DNA from: a virus | Taxonomy: Duplodnaviria > Caudoviricetes | Virus record (IMG/VR): IMGVR_UViG_2883497546_000001 | Location: 1 to 64,000 of that record | Direction: 5' to 3' (one strand) | DNA length: 64,000 nt | Shown: in pieces, positions 1 to 9,895 of the stretch | Position numbering within the stretch: the stretch's first letter is position 1 | Layout: each line of letters starts with the position of its first letter | Made by a program: the position numbers and the translations under genes | Notes under the pieces: model-generated | The model's input: the letters and a program-made list of their open reading frames with translations, nothing else | What the model was told of the DNA's origin: nothing | Database searches by the model: none

Positions 1-477
1 TCACGGCTGCTTCGTCGCGGGTGACGGCGCTCCCGCGTGCGGTGATTGCGAATTCGATTGCGATTGCAGTCGCTCGCTGACCACATGCTTCACCACACTC
101 TTGAAATAGTCCGTCTGCTCCTGGATGAGGCCCGTCAGCGCCTCCATCCCCTCCGCCGTCCGGTTCAGTGCCTCCAGCATCCGCTGCTCCCTCGCCACCG
201 TCTCCGCCTTGTACTCCGCCTGTTGCTTCAGCAGCAGCCTCACCAGAAACACCACCGCAATGAGCAGCAGCACCTTCAGGCTCACATCCTCCCAGCCCTT
301 CGCTTCCGCCGCGATATCACCCACCATCGCAAACGTCGCCACCGCCGAAGCCATCATCGCCTTCCCATGCTCCTGCCAATCATGCAGCACCACCATCAAA
401 AGCATCCTCATACCCACCTCCATCTCCCAACACCTCGCATCCCAAACCAAGAACCAAGAACTGCTAAATCCCCTCAA
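1..477 (-). CDS. Putative holin-like membrane protein (true start probably ~410)
   Basis: One hydrophobic helix (VSLKVLLLIAVVFLVRLLL) followed by a coiled-coil; last gene of the tail/lysis-oriented - strand cluster. Confidence 0.4.
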   Translation of the reverse strand: MRGFSSSWFLVWDARCWEMEVGMRMLLMVVLHDWQEHGKAMMASAVATFAMVGDIAAEAKGWEDVSLKVLLLIAVVFLVRLLLKQQAEYKAETVAREQRMLEALNRTAEGMEALTGLIQEQTDYFKSVVKHVVSERLQSQSNSQSPHAGAPSPATKQP

Positions 478-887
478 GGCGTAATCGCCGGCGGCGCCAC
501 CGCAGGCACCACACCTGGCACCTCCGCAGAGATCGCCGCCCCGTGCGCCGCCGCATTTGCCTCAATCGCCTTACCCTTCAGCGCATTATCAGACACATGT
601 TTTCTGGTCGCTTCCTTCAGCGCCACCTGGTTCGTCGCCTCCGCTGCCTGGGTCGTCACCGCGCCAAAATAGCTCGTCGCCAGCGTGCCCACCATCACCG
701 CACCATCCCGGAAGGACTTCTCGTGGTTGTGAATCACCCCATACCCCTTCCGATATGCCCCCTTCCCCCCAAGGCTCGCATACGTCGCCGACCTCCCCTC
801 ACCATCACGCTCATGCATGACCACGCAAGATGACAGCGCCAGAAAGCTCGCGCCAAGCATCGCTCTCACGATGGGCCGGGCGTTCAC
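474..887 (-). CDS. Putative lipoprotein
   Basis: Signal peptide with lipobox LALSSC; GTG start overlaps the upstream stop (GTGA). Confidence 0.55.
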   Translation of the reverse strand: MNARPIVRAMLGASFLALSSCVVMHERDGEGRSATYASLGGKGAYRKGYGVIHNHEKSFRDGAVMVGTLATSYFGAVTTQAAEATNQVALKEATRKHVSDNALKGKAIEANAAAHGAAISAEVPGVVPAVAPPAITP

Positions 888-1054
888 TGCGCACCTCCCA
901 TGTTTGCTCCCATGATGCCGCCAGCCATGCTGCCCAATGCGGCCTGAATGGCTGCATCAAAAGGGTCTGCCTGCGTTGGAGCCAAGCTGCATGAGCTCAG
1001 CATGACGACGGCCATCGCCGCCAGGATTGGAATTCCTTTCATAGTTGGAATCAT
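884..1054 (-). CDS. Small lipoprotein, 56 aa (not in ORF track)
   Basis: Manual translation MIPTMKGIPILAAMAVVMLSSCSLAPTQADPFDAAIQAALGSMAGGIMGANMGGAQ*; lipobox LSSC; stop overlaps the next start. Confidence 0.55.
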   Translation of the reverse strand: MIPTMKGIPILAAMAVVMLSSCSLAPTQADPFDAAIQAALGSMAGGIMGANMGGAQ

Positions 1055-1176
1055 GACTCGTTATTTACGGTGAAGTGTTGGCTGGGCAGTCGCCCTCGTC
1101 TCGTACCAGCCTGAAGGGGCCAGCAATGCTTGAGCTTCCGCGATGAGCCGTCGCCTCTGTAGTGAATGGCCTCTCT

Positions 1177-1800
1177 CTAGAAACGAATTCTCTGGTGCGG
1201 CACCACCGTGGTGCCGTTGTTGGTAAGCGCCAGACCACGTTTCAGTTCGACCACATCTCGTACCAGTGGAGCATAGAAGACCAGCGCTTGGGGACGGAGG
1301 ACGGCCGCAGAATAGGTTTTCATATACGCAATCATCTCATCCCCGCCGAGCGCTGCTGACCACATCGCCACCTCGCTGATCTCACCATTGAAAAAGTAGG
1401 AGGTTCCCGGGCGCACCCCTATCGTCACATTCTTGGTGGGGTTGGAAACACTGGCGGAAGATGTGGATGAAGCGACAAGCGCACCGTTCACATAGAGCGA
1501 TAACGCCGTTCCACTTCGCGTGACCATCACCCGGTAGACTGCGTTCACTGGGATGACAGGACTGTCCATGAGGGCCGTTCCCACCCCAGCCCGCACTTTC
1601 GACTGATACACCTCAAGGTCAAAGTAGTTGCTGGGGTCAATACCCTTGGAAAAGACCACGCCTGATGAAGTCGCTGTGTAGTCCACCGTGTACGGATAAA
1701 TCGTCGCCGCCACGGAGAATGGCCCCGTGCCAAGCTCCAGCGCAGTGCTGGACGCCGCGGTGATGGATTGGGACGACGCCCTGGAAAATGCCCGCGCCAT
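1177..1800 (-). CDS. LamG/concanavalin A-like lectin domain protein (tail-associated)
   Basis: LYVNG...IG...FFNGEISEVAMWSAAL pattern; translationally coupled (TAATG) to tail fibre 1. Confidence 0.8.
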   Translation of the reverse strand: MARAFSRASSQSITAASSTALELGTGPFSVAATIYPYTVDYTATSSGVVFSKGIDPSNYFDLEVYQSKVRAGVGTALMDSPVIPVNAVYRVMVTRSGTALSLYVNGALVASSTSSASVSNPTKNVTIGVRPGTSYFFNGEISEVAMWSAALGGDEMIAYMKTYSAAVLRPQALVFYAPLVRDVVELKRGLALTNNGTTVVPHQRIRF

Positions 1801-3122
1801 TACTGCAGTTGCACCTCCAGGTGGTGGAGTTCAGCGTCTCCGGTAGCGTTGTCGTTGGCCACATCGCGCCGTATCCTCAGGCGAAAGGCGTCGCCCGCAA
1901 TCAGGCTCGTTGGCAACTGTGCCTGACTGAATGAAACACTCGTGATTTTGGACACGCCGGCTGTCCCGGGCACCGTGCTTGCGGTGATGGTCCGTGGAGA
2001 GTCAAAGGCATCGCCATCCATATCCAGCGAGCCCTCCACCACACGCTCAAAGGCCACATCCCAGCCAACAGTTCCTGTGGTCGCACTCGTTGCTGCCCAT
2101 TGCACCAGCACCGTGATCCCATTCGCAAGAGAGACCCCTTCGGGAATCCTGCCAGAAAACACAGCCGCCTCAGCACTCGTATCATCAAAGTCCAGCACCG
2201 GCCTCGAGTTCCGCGTATCAAATGTGGCAAATCCACTGGCCGGAGGCTCATTCTGAAATGGGTGAAATTGAAAGAGCACCTTGCTCACAGAGCGCCCCAG
2301 CACGGTCAGTAAATCCGAAACCGAAAGTTCTTCCACAGGACCCGCTGCAGGACTCTTGCGTCCCAGAATCCTCTGCCCGCTGCTCACGCCTTGGAGCTTC
2401 GCATAAGGGATGAAAGCATCCGGGACATTGTTCAGGGTAAGCTGTCCCGCCAGGGTCACATCGCTCCAGTTTCCGGCAGCCGGGCCGCTGGCGCGATATA
2501 TCGCAGATGAATCCAGTTGGACTCCAAGCTGACCCACGAAGTCCGGCACCTTCACCCCACGCTCGCCGTCGTTGAGCCAGTACGCCGTCGGCGCAGAGTG
2601 CACAGAGCCCGGCAGGGATACCAGCAAGCGCAGCGCCAGACGATCCTGCAGAGCAGGGGCACCATTCGCATCGAATCCGAACACCGTATTCGCCCTCGTC
2701 GCCTCAGAGAGCGCCGCCACATCACCCGCCTTGTCATTCAGCCGGAAGCACCGTCCCAGCTTGCGCGAGAGCGACTGCACCAGCATCGTCAGCTTGTCCA
2801 GTCCTCGCGTCAGCGTGTCTGCCGGAAGGGCCCCCGTGGATTGGAAATCGGCACTCTGCGTCTGCTGCGGCTCCCGGTAGATCGTCAGGGAATGCGTATC
2901 GCTGTACGCCGCTGTGGTCTTCAGGCTTCCCCCTAGCGCACTGGCCGCACCCGTCAGCGTGTAGTGCGTCGACTCCACCAGCAACGTCTCGGCGCCATTC
3001 GCATCCGCCAGCACCACCCGGATGTCCGCGTTGGTCAGGAAATAGAACGGCACACTGTAGGGTGTCGTGGTCGAACCGTTCCCCACATACTGAATTCGGG
3101 AAGTCTCTGAAGCAACCGGCAT
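1800..3122 (-). CDS. Tail fibre 1 (T7 gp17-like N-terminal anchor)
   Basis: RIQYVGNGSTTTPYSVPFYFL...LDKLTMLVQ; start chosen at MPVASE by alignment with fibre 2. Confidence 0.8.
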   Translation of the reverse strand: MPVASETSRIQYVGNGSTTTPYSVPFYFLTNADIRVVLADANGAETLLVESTHYTLTGAASALGGSLKTTAAYSDTHSLTIYREPQQTQSADFQSTGALPADTLTRGLDKLTMLVQSLSRKLGRCFRLNDKAGDVAALSEATRANTVFGFDANGAPALQDRLALRLLVSLPGSVHSAPTAYWLNDGERGVKVPDFVGQLGVQLDSSAIYRASGPAAGNWSDVTLAGQLTLNNVPDAFIPYAKLQGVSSGQRILGRKSPAAGPVEELSVSDLLTVLGRSVSKVLFQFHPFQNEPPASGFATFDTRNSRPVLDFDDTSAEAAVFSGRIPEGVSLANGITVLVQWAATSATTGTVGWDVAFERVVEGSLDMDGDAFDSPRTITASTVPGTAGVSKITSVSFSQAQLPTSLIAGDAFRLRIRRDVANDNATGDAELHHLEVQLQ

Positions 3123-3135
3123 AGGAAGGATGTTA

Positions 3136-3151
3136 CGTGTTTTCTGGCACC
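3136..3151 (-). promoter_or_regulatory. Virion-regulon motif copy (GGTGCCAGAAAACACG)
   Basis: First base is 29 nt upstream of the ATG at 3122. Confidence 0.6.
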
Positions 3152-3373
3152 ATGCAACTGAAATGATCATTCTAAAGTCGTGAGTCACGACCGGCCTCCA
3201 CCGCTATGGAGGTTTGTGTGGAATGGACGTGGATGGATGAGCGTGGACTCCCCGCGTTTACAGCACTGTCTGAAGGGCGGCAGAATCCTCCAGCGCGCAT
3301 GCGTGTCAGTTAAGAAACCGTGATGGGACCAGCAGGGAATTGGCGCACTGCCCGCCAACTCAACGCCCCAGTT

Positions 3374-3440
3374 CGCTTTGCGTCTTGGAGTGCGGTGGCA
3401 AGGGCCTCCCTGGAGGCCGCGACACCGCTTTGAACGAAGG
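3374..3440. repeat. REP-like element family 1 (GCGTCTTGGAGTGCGGTGGC...GAGGCCGCGACACCGCTTTGAACG)
   Basis: Other copies at ~7547-7616, 45917-45982, 48078-48147, 53580-53609 (partial), 57074-57140, and 58745-58915 (with inverted half CCGCACTCCAAGACGC). Confidence 0.85.
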
Positions 3441-3713
3441 AATCTCGCCGTGATCTCCTGGAGAGCTTACACGGAACCCAGCATCCGATGCGCCTAAGTG
3501 GGTGGGTATTTTGAAAGTGGTCCGCGATGTCATCTCCATGAAGCTCTCGCTCCCTCTATTCAGAACGTTGTCGCGCTAACTCTTGCCACGCGCATCGGTC
3601 AGAAACGTTCGGCTTTCACCTGCTTGAGATGCTTCTGTCCATACAGCTCGCAGATGCTCATATTTCCGAGCAGATGCTGTAGACAGAACCTCCTTCAATG
3701 CAAAGGTCCGCCG

Positions 3714-5279
3714 ATGCATGGCTACTTGCGATTGGTTCTGGCCTTTGGAGTTCTCGCTTACCACCTGGGGTATGGCGTGGGCGCGCTTCATTTGGGCCCC
3801 ATTTGTGTGGTAGTGTTCTACATCCTTTCAGGCTATGTCGTGGCGAAGTTGCTCGACAGGTTCTTTCCTCCGGGGACGCTTTGGCTCTTCTACAAGGAGC
3901 GTTTTCTACGGATTTATCCGGTTTACGCACTGCTGCTTCTTGTCAGTGCAGTTTTCTTCTTTGGTGCGGGGATCGGTCAGCCCGAGGCTACCGCTTTAAA
4001 TGTCTTCGCCCACATCACCGTCGTTCCATTGAACTATTTTATGTTTTGGGATGTGGCGGTGCTGCGCTCGATCAATCTGTCATTGCTTCCAACGGCATGG
4101 TCACTCGCTCTTGAGATCCAGGCCTTCATGATTTTACCACTGATCTTGCGTTCGAGTGTTGCGAAGGGTCTTTTGGGAATGATTTCGCTGGTCATTTTCG
4201 GCCTCTCAGTAAATGCGGTTATCGATCCAAACCTTTGGGGCTATAGGTTGTTGCCAGGGGTGCTTTTTATGTTCTTGGCAGGTGGTGTTCTCTACAAAGT
4301 GCTGGAATCCCACGCTGCCGACGGAGCAATATTCGCAAAGTTCTACCTTCTGACCTCATGGCTTGGAGTACTCGCATCTTGCCTTGTCGCTTGGTCGATT
4401 GGCAGGTTTCAATTGGGACTGCCCTCCCCGGCTCTCGGGTTCCTGCTCGGTCTCCCTTTGGCCTGGATCACTACCAACAAGATTAGGCTTCCCGGCGGGG
4501 CAATGGCGGGCCAGCTTTCATACGGCGTGTTTCTAATTCACATGCCGTTGATCTACGCCTACTCCTTCTACTTTAAGGCAGAGGTGAAAAGTCTGACGTG
4601 TCTTGTGGCGGTCTCGATAGCGTCGTTGATCGTGTCTTGGCTGGTTGTGACGACCATAGAGCGCATGGTTTGGAAATGGCGACGTTCAATCACGAATTCT
4701 GCTGCTTCGCATTCACGAGTTCGGTCGGCGGAGCAGTCTGTAGAAGCTCGGTCGCAGCTCCGTTTTGCCAGTTCTTGGCCATTCAGATTGGCGCTTTCCC
4801 TTGTTGCATTGGGTTCAGTGTTTGCGATTTTCCAGGCTAGGGTCGGATATCCGTTGGTTCGAACGTCTCCCATCCCCGTGAATGCGATCAGTCAATCTGG
4901 GGACGGCGTCTTTTCTGCCTCTCTACCCTTCACGAAACATCGTCCCAATCCTGTGCATCTCCGTACCCGGTTGATTGAGAATGGCAGAAGCCCGATGGAA
5001 CGTGTTTGGAGCAGTAGCGAAGTGCGGCGATCCACCGAGGGAGTGTACTCAACGAGTCGGAGCCAGGTGTGGTTCAAAACATCGGATGGTACCGACCCCA
5101 GGACAAACGGGAGAGCCTATGCACTTGTGTTCCCCTTGGTGCCGCCGCTGTGGTTGGAGATAGGCGGTTGGATTGTGATTGTAATCCTTGTTCCGCTGTC
5201 GGTGTCGATAGGAAGACGCCAATGCTCCGTAGCCTCCGATTCGCGTCCGCATGCGGTGCCTTCGGCTACGTGCGGATGA
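3714..5279 (+). CDS. Acyltransferase-3 (OafA-like) membrane O-acyltransferase with C-terminal extension
   Basis: LRLVLAFGVLAYH, VFYILSGY, FYKERFLRIYP, AWSLALE, LSYGVFLIH motifs; many TM helices; atypical composition. Confidence 0.85.
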   Translation: MHGYLRLVLAFGVLAYHLGYGVGALHLGPICVVVFYILSGYVVAKLLDRFFPPGTLWLFYKERFLRIYPVYALLLLVSAVFFFGAGIGQPEATALNVFAHITVVPLNYFMFWDVAVLRSINLSLLPTAWSLALEIQAFMILPLILRSSVAKGLLGMISLVIFGLSVNAVIDPNLWGYRLLPGVLFMFLAGGVLYKVLESHAADGAIFAKFYLLTSWLGVLASCLVAWSIGRFQLGLPSPALGFLLGLPLAWITTNKIRLPGGAMAGQLSYGVFLIHMPLIYAYSFYFKAEVKSLTCLVAVSIASLIVSWLVVTTIERMVWKWRRSITNSAASHSRVRSAEQSVEARSQLRFASSWPFRLALSLVALGSVFAIFQARVGYPLVRTSPIPVNAISQSGDGVFSASLPFTKHRPNPVHLRTRLIENGRSPMERVWSSSEVRRSTEGVYSTSRSQVWFKTSDGTDPRTNGRAYALVFPLVPPLWLEIGGWIVIVILVPLSVSIGRRQCSVASDSRPHAVPSATCG

Positions 5280-6534
5280 TATAATTCAGGACAAAAGTGG
5301 GCTGCACATTCGGATGTGCTTGGTCGCTTCCTGCGGATCCTGAAGTTGCGGCGGTCGGGAAACCGCCGTAACGGCTTCCCGCGATATTCGAGGGGTTGTC
5401 GAAACCCGTGCCGTTGTTGTTATATGAGTGGGTGTGGCTGGGCATTTGGGCTGCGGTGAGTTGATGACGGTCGGAGCCACCAGTCGCCCCGAGGGTGGAG
5501 CCATTGATGCCGGGATTGCCTGTCCCACTGTTGGTTAGACGTAATGCTGCGCTTCCGCCCATATTATCCATACCGGCCACAGTGCGGCCTCGGAGGTCTG
5601 GAAGCGTGAATGTGGTAGAACCGTCACCTGAGCCAAACGTGGTGCCAACAGCAGCAAAGAGCGCTGTGTAAGTCGTCCGGCTCACCGCTTGGCCGTAGCA
5701 CAAAAGCCAGCCCGTCGGAGCGGATGGGCCTGCATAAGGCGCAATGATGCCCGGTGGCATGTGCGTCGCCACAGACGCCGCATCCCGCGCATCCACATAC
5801 GCCTTCACACTCTGTTGCGAGGGCGCACGCAGCGCATCGTTGCCCGCCATATCATCCTCATCCCGGACCAGCAGACTCCAGTTCCCCGCACTCGACCCCG
5901 AGCTCCGATACAGAGCCGAAGTATTGAGCTGCACCCCCAGCTGCCCCACAAAATCCGGCACCTTCAGCCCCCGCTCACCATCATCCGACCAGAACGCCGT
6001 CGGCGCACCCTGCAACGAACCCGACAGTGACAACAGCGACAGCAGCGCCACCCGGTCCCGGAGCACCGGATCCCCGCTCGACCCAAAACCAAACACCGTA
6101 TTCGCCTTCGTCGCCTCAGACAGCGCCACCACATCGCCCGCCTTGTCATTCAGCCGGAAGCACCGCGTCACCTTGCGAGAGAGCGACTGCACCAGCATCG
6201 TCAGCTTATCCAGCCCACGCGTCAGCGTATCCGCCGGCAGCGCCCCCGTCGACTGGAACTCCGCACTCTGCGTCTGCTCCGGCTCCCGATAAATCGTCAG
6301 CGTGTGCGTCCCATCATATCCCACCACCGTCGTCAGACTCCCGCCTCCAGCCTCACCCGCACCCGTCAGCGCATAGTGCGTCGTCTCCGTCAGCGGGCTC
6401 TCCACACCATTCCCATCCGTCAGCACCACCTTGATATCCGCCTCACTCAGGAAATAGAACGGCACACTATACGGCGTCACCCACGACCCATTGCCGGTGT
6501 ACTGGATGCGCGAAATCTCGGAAGCAACAGGCAT
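5266..6534 (-). CDS. Tail fibre 2 (gp17-like N-terminus plus phage tail collar domain)
   Basis: N-terminal ~220 aa paralogous to fibre 1; collar motif GIIAPYAGPSAPTGWLLCYGQAVSRTTY..LFAAVGTTFGSGDGSTTFTLPDLRGR. Confidence 0.88.
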   Translation of the reverse strand: MPVASEISRIQYTGNGSWVTPYSVPFYFLSEADIKVVLTDGNGVESPLTETTHYALTGAGEAGGGSLTTVVGYDGTHTLTIYREPEQTQSAEFQSTGALPADTLTRGLDKLTMLVQSLSRKVTRCFRLNDKAGDVVALSEATKANTVFGFGSSGDPVLRDRVALLSLLSLSGSLQGAPTAFWSDDGERGLKVPDFVGQLGVQLNTSALYRSSGSSAGNWSLLVRDEDDMAGNDALRAPSQQSVKAYVDARDAASVATHMPPGIIAPYAGPSAPTGWLLCYGQAVSRTTYTALFAAVGTTFGSGDGSTTFTLPDLRGRTVAGMDNMGGSAALRLTNSGTGNPGINGSTLGATGGSDRHQLTAAQMPSHTHSYNNNGTGFDNPSNIAGSRYGGFPTAATSGSAGSDQAHPNVQPTFVLNYIIRT

Positions 6535-6547
6535 GGCTATAGTATAG

Positions 6548-6563
6548 TGTACTTTCTGGTACC
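6548..6563 (-). promoter_or_regulatory. Virion-regulon motif copy (GGTACCAGAAAGTACA) within a TTGCGG-N16-TATACT promoter-like sequence
   Basis: 29 nt upstream of the ATG at 6534; TATACT lies 6 nt before the ATG (leaderless-like). Confidence 0.65.
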
Positions 6564-6696
6564 CGCAACCCAATTCTCCCATCCCAGGAGAAGGCCATAC
6601 ATCCCCTGAAGCCGTGATGCCCGATCACTTCAGTCCACGCCCCACGGTCAAGCAACACCACGCAGCGCAAATGCACAGCAGGGCAGGGGAGCATTC

Positions 6697-6759
6697 GATA
6701 GCCTGGAGGGCCTTCGTCCACCCACTCAACTCACGCTCCACCTGCACGGGCCTGACGTT
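6697..6759. repeat. ~65-bp cassette-boundary repeat (GATAGCCCGGAGGGCCTTCGAATACCCACCCAGCTCACGCTCCACCTGCACGGGCCTGACGTT)
   Basis: Copies at ~8116-8177, 8603-8665, 13865-13930, 14621-14684, 17125-17188, 19463-19529; diverged copies at 52272-52332 and 57881-57942. Confidence 0.85.
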
Positions 6760-6811
6760 CGTCCCCCTCGCGGCACTCCGCATCCTCACCCACCGCCCAC
6801 AGGCAAAACCC

Positions 6812-7342
6812 TCACGCCAGCCGATTCTCCTCAGTCAAACGCTCAATAAGCTCCGTAACCTCCGCCTCTCGATCACCCAGGCCACTCCACGTCGACAGCA
6901 TAATCGCTATGCTCAGCCGGTCATACTTGCGCATCGCGAGCGACGCCATCCTCACAAATCGCGCATACGTCTCCGCGTCAAATCTCAGATAGTAAAACCC
7001 CGCCACCCAATTCGTCATTTGCGCCTCGCTCAGCTTGCCCGGCTCTTGCTCTTGTTCCAGCCTCTCCCACAGCCACCCCGTCCCGGGTCCCGTGCGCGCC
7101 GCCAGTCGCACCGCCTTCACCGTCGACCCCAGGCGGAGAGGCGTGCATGTCGAGGTCAGCACCGCATAGCACGCCGCCAGCAGTTCCTCCTCCGTACGTT
7201 CACCGCTCCACCGCTCCAGCAGCACATCCGCCTCGTGATCATTGAGCTCATCACCACGCAACGCATCCAGCACCTGCAAAACATCCTCAGCAGCATTCAT
7301 AAAATTTCTCAGCGTACCAGACAGCAGAGTGCGGTTCAGCAC
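6812..7342 (-). CDS. Hypothetical protein (possible orphan immunity protein)
   Basis: 176-aa acidic helical ORF at the distal end of the cassette array, followed by the boundary repeat. Confidence 0.5.
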   Translation of the reverse strand: MLNRTLLSGTLRNFMNAAEDVLQVLDALRGDELNDHEADVLLERWSGERTEEELLAACYAVLTSTCTPLRLGSTVKAVRLAARTGPGTGWLWERLEQEQEPGKLSEAQMTNWVAGFYYLRFDAETYARFVRMASLAMRKYDRLSIAIMLSTWSGLGDREAEVTELIERLTEENRLA

Positions 7343-8266
7343 AACTCACCATCGCGCATTCGTTCGTTCATTTGTTGAGACTTGCGAAATAGACTGACAA
7401 TTCTCTGCTTTGTGATTTGGAACTGAACCACCAAGTTGCAGTCTGGGGGACCGCAGGCTCCCGCGAACCGCATGTGCGTCAGGTTAAAAAGCTGTGCGTG
7501 GTCTCAACAGCGAAATGGAACGCTGCGGACGCACTCGACGTACCAGTTCGCATTGCGTCTTGGAGTGCGGTGGCATCGGCCTCCCTTGAGGCCGCGACAC
7601 CGCCTTCAACGAAGGGATTCCGTCTAGATTTCACGCAGTACGTCAGAAGAATCCAGCATTCTCTAATGAGAACGCATCTTGGGGATTTTGGAATGTAAAT
7701 CTGCTCCATCATTCTCATCCCCTTCGTTCAAGGCGGTGTCGCGTGCGCAGGGCGGCTCGGAGACTTGGAGTCCCTTACCGCAAAAAAGTTCAAACAAGCT
7801 GCGTCCGCCTCTCCCGCTTGATCTTCACCACATCGCCATGCACAGGAGCAGCCCTCGGCAGTGAGGTCACGAGCAGAGTCACCGCCCACAGTGTGATGTA
7901 GAGAGCTCCGGCCGCCACCCACTCAGACCCTCACCAGCAAACGCGCATTCATAGCCGCGTGCGAAGCCGCGAGGAACGAGCAACCTCCCGGTGCTTCAAT
8001 ATCTCCAAATCGATTGCCACACCCAATGCCATTGGTTGGCCACGTGGGTGCGTTCTACACCAGCGTGGACCACACCACCGCAGACCTTCGGGTGTATCAG
8101 AGCATGATGCCTTGGGCAGCCCGGAGGGCCTGCGAAAGCCCTCTCTGCTCGCGCTCCACCTGCACGGGCCTGACGTTAGCCGTCCTATGAGTCGCGCACT
8201 GATGCCACCTTTCCTGAAGACATTTAGATTCGAAAAGGCCACGGAGAGGGGTAGTCAGAAGCTTTC

Positions 8267-8482
8267 CTAGTCCAGTACAGCACCGAGAGATTCGGCGAGA
8301 GCCCGAAACTCTGTTCTCTTGATCTCACTCTCGAATTGAAGAGTTACCGGTTCACCGCCAATGACATTTTCAATCAGGGCCTTTGCGTCACCAAGACCAA
8401 CCCCCGAGTATCTTCCAACTGCTGCCATTAATGAAACCACTTTCGTCTTTGGCTTCAGTCGAACGATTTTGAGTGTGTTCAT
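8267..8482 (-). CDS. Small protein with ribosomal L7/L12 C-terminal-like pattern (possible orphan immunity)
   Basis: KVVSLMAAVGRYSGVGLGDAKALIE...LAESLGA; ATG overlaps the stop of a short upstream stub (ATGA). Confidence 0.55.
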   Translation of the reverse strand: MNTLKIVRLKPKTKVVSLMAAVGRYSGVGLGDAKALIENVIGGEPVTLQFESEIKRTEFRALAESLGAVLD

Positions 8483-8717
8483 AGTCCGATTTTCAACATA
8501 ATCTGGCGAGGATAATGCACGCCCCCTTCTTCGCCGCCGTTCCTTCTCAGGAAGCGGACCCGCGGGTTAGCTGAGTGGGGGAGTCCCGCAAGAACTGACC
8601 GTGGATAGCCCGAAGGGCCTTCGAATACCCACCCAGCTCACGCTCCACCCGCACGAGCCTGACGGTGGGGCCTACCGTGTGTCCACACGCTCGAGTGCCA
8701 GGCAGTGCCTGCTGAAC

Positions 8718-9128
8718 CTACTCGCGTAGCTTCCACTCATTGCTCTTGGATGCCTCAAGAAGCCGAGCTGCATGGGCTTCGTTGGTGTTCAGTTCCCTGG
8801 CGGCTGTCGCTGCATCCCAGTCCTTGATGGCCTCGGTCACTTTCTCTTCGTAGTCCGAACCGTATTGTCCGGAGAGGGCATTGTACGTGCGCAGCATCTC
8901 TTCTTGCCATCCTCGGTACCTTCTTCCCAATTCGGGACTGTTTCCCTGGACATTAGGTTTCCAGTCTTTCTCCTCAACATAGATGGTTTTGAACTCGTCA
9001 TCGTTGAGCTTGGTGAAGAATGCATCCTCGGTAAACGTGAACTTCCACCTGGCCAACGATGCGCGTCTTCCAAGTTCAGCAACGATGCCGTTGGCGTCAA
9101 GTTCATCTGGTGTGTTATCAAAAGACAT
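8718..9128 (-). CDS. Hypothetical protein (possible immunity protein)
   Basis: 136-aa acidic ORF, lower GC, directly downstream of a toxin-immunity pair. Confidence 0.55.
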   Translation of the reverse strand: MSFDNTPDELDANGIVAELGRRASLARWKFTFTEDAFFTKLNDDEFKTIYVEEKDWKPNVQGNSPELGRRYRGWQEEMLRTYNALSGQYGSDYEEKVTEAIKDWDAATAARELNTNEAHAARLLEASKSNEWKLRE

Positions 9129-9168
9129 AATACATCATAGCTTCAGCCGCGCGCCACGCGAAGCTGGC

Positions 9169-9375
9169 CTAAAGCATGGGAATTGCCTTGGCCCCATCTT
9201 TGTCTACGTCGACACGAATGAAGCTGGGATCAGAGTCAATCATATCAAGGGTCTGAACTGCGCACACCCATTTGTCTTCCGTTTTGACTTTTGTCATTGA
9301 AACGGAAACGAGCTCAGACTCATCAACACCCGACTCCTTGAGAATCGAATCAAGAACTTTTCGAATATCGTTCAT
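9169..9375 (-). CDS. Putative immunity protein B (68 aa)
   Basis: Starts immediately after the toxin stop; same length as and homologous to 17213-17419 (MND..K.L...L..SGV...W.C.......P.FIR..V...GA..IPML). Confidence 0.7.
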   Translation of the reverse strand: MNDIRKVLDSILKESGVDESELVSVSMTKVKTEDKWVCAVQTLDMIDSDPSFIRVDVDKDGAKAIPML

Positions 9376-9895
9376 TTAGTGATTATTTATGTTTAGCATG
9401 AACTTGAGAGATCGAGGGCCAAACTCTGACTCATAGAACAGCATGTCTTTTACCGCCTCATCCAGCTCTTCATTGGTGAACCGATGTTCGAACTTTACTA
9501 TCTGTTCAAAAACATACAACTCACGGTGGTATGTTTTTAGTTTGCGGTACTCAGCCAATCCCAGTTCAGAGCACTGTTTTGCATGGCAGATCTCGTGGAA
9601 ATAGTCGAAATAGGTCGCATTGGATCCAAGATGCATTTTTCCTTTGAGTGCCCGAAATAATGCTCGTGCTTTCTTTGTCCGCAAATAGGCGTCAGAGTTT
9701 CTCACCAATTTCCACTGGGGCCTGCCAGGTAATGTAAGTTCAGCCAGTTCCTTCTTTATGGCGGTGAACATTCCTTCCGTCAGCCTGATTCCGCCGAGCC
9801 TGCCAGTGTTCCTCAATGGAGCAGCGTCAATATCATCGGAACTTCGATTGGCCCTCGCAGCTCTTAAGACATCAATCAGACTGCGGACATCGCTA
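9376..9895 (-). pseudogene. Zincin-like HExxH metallopeptidase toxin tip (Tox-MPTase4-like), separated from its N-terminal part by IS5
   Basis: ATYFDYFHEICHAKQ...GLAEY...RELYVF; homologous to the C-terminus of 17416-19416; frame continues up to the IS junction. Confidence 0.7.

Noticed and set aside
3140-3160. Sigma54 promoter (TGGCAC)
   Set aside because: No TTGC at the -12 spacing, wrong orientation for the gene, and two motif copies read TGGTAC
3498-3713. Upstream extensions given by the ORF track (also 3188, 6582, 47378, 48064, 50346, 56955, 57619)
   Set aside because: They run through repeats or promoter motifs; paralog alignment and signal/TM positions support the later ATGs
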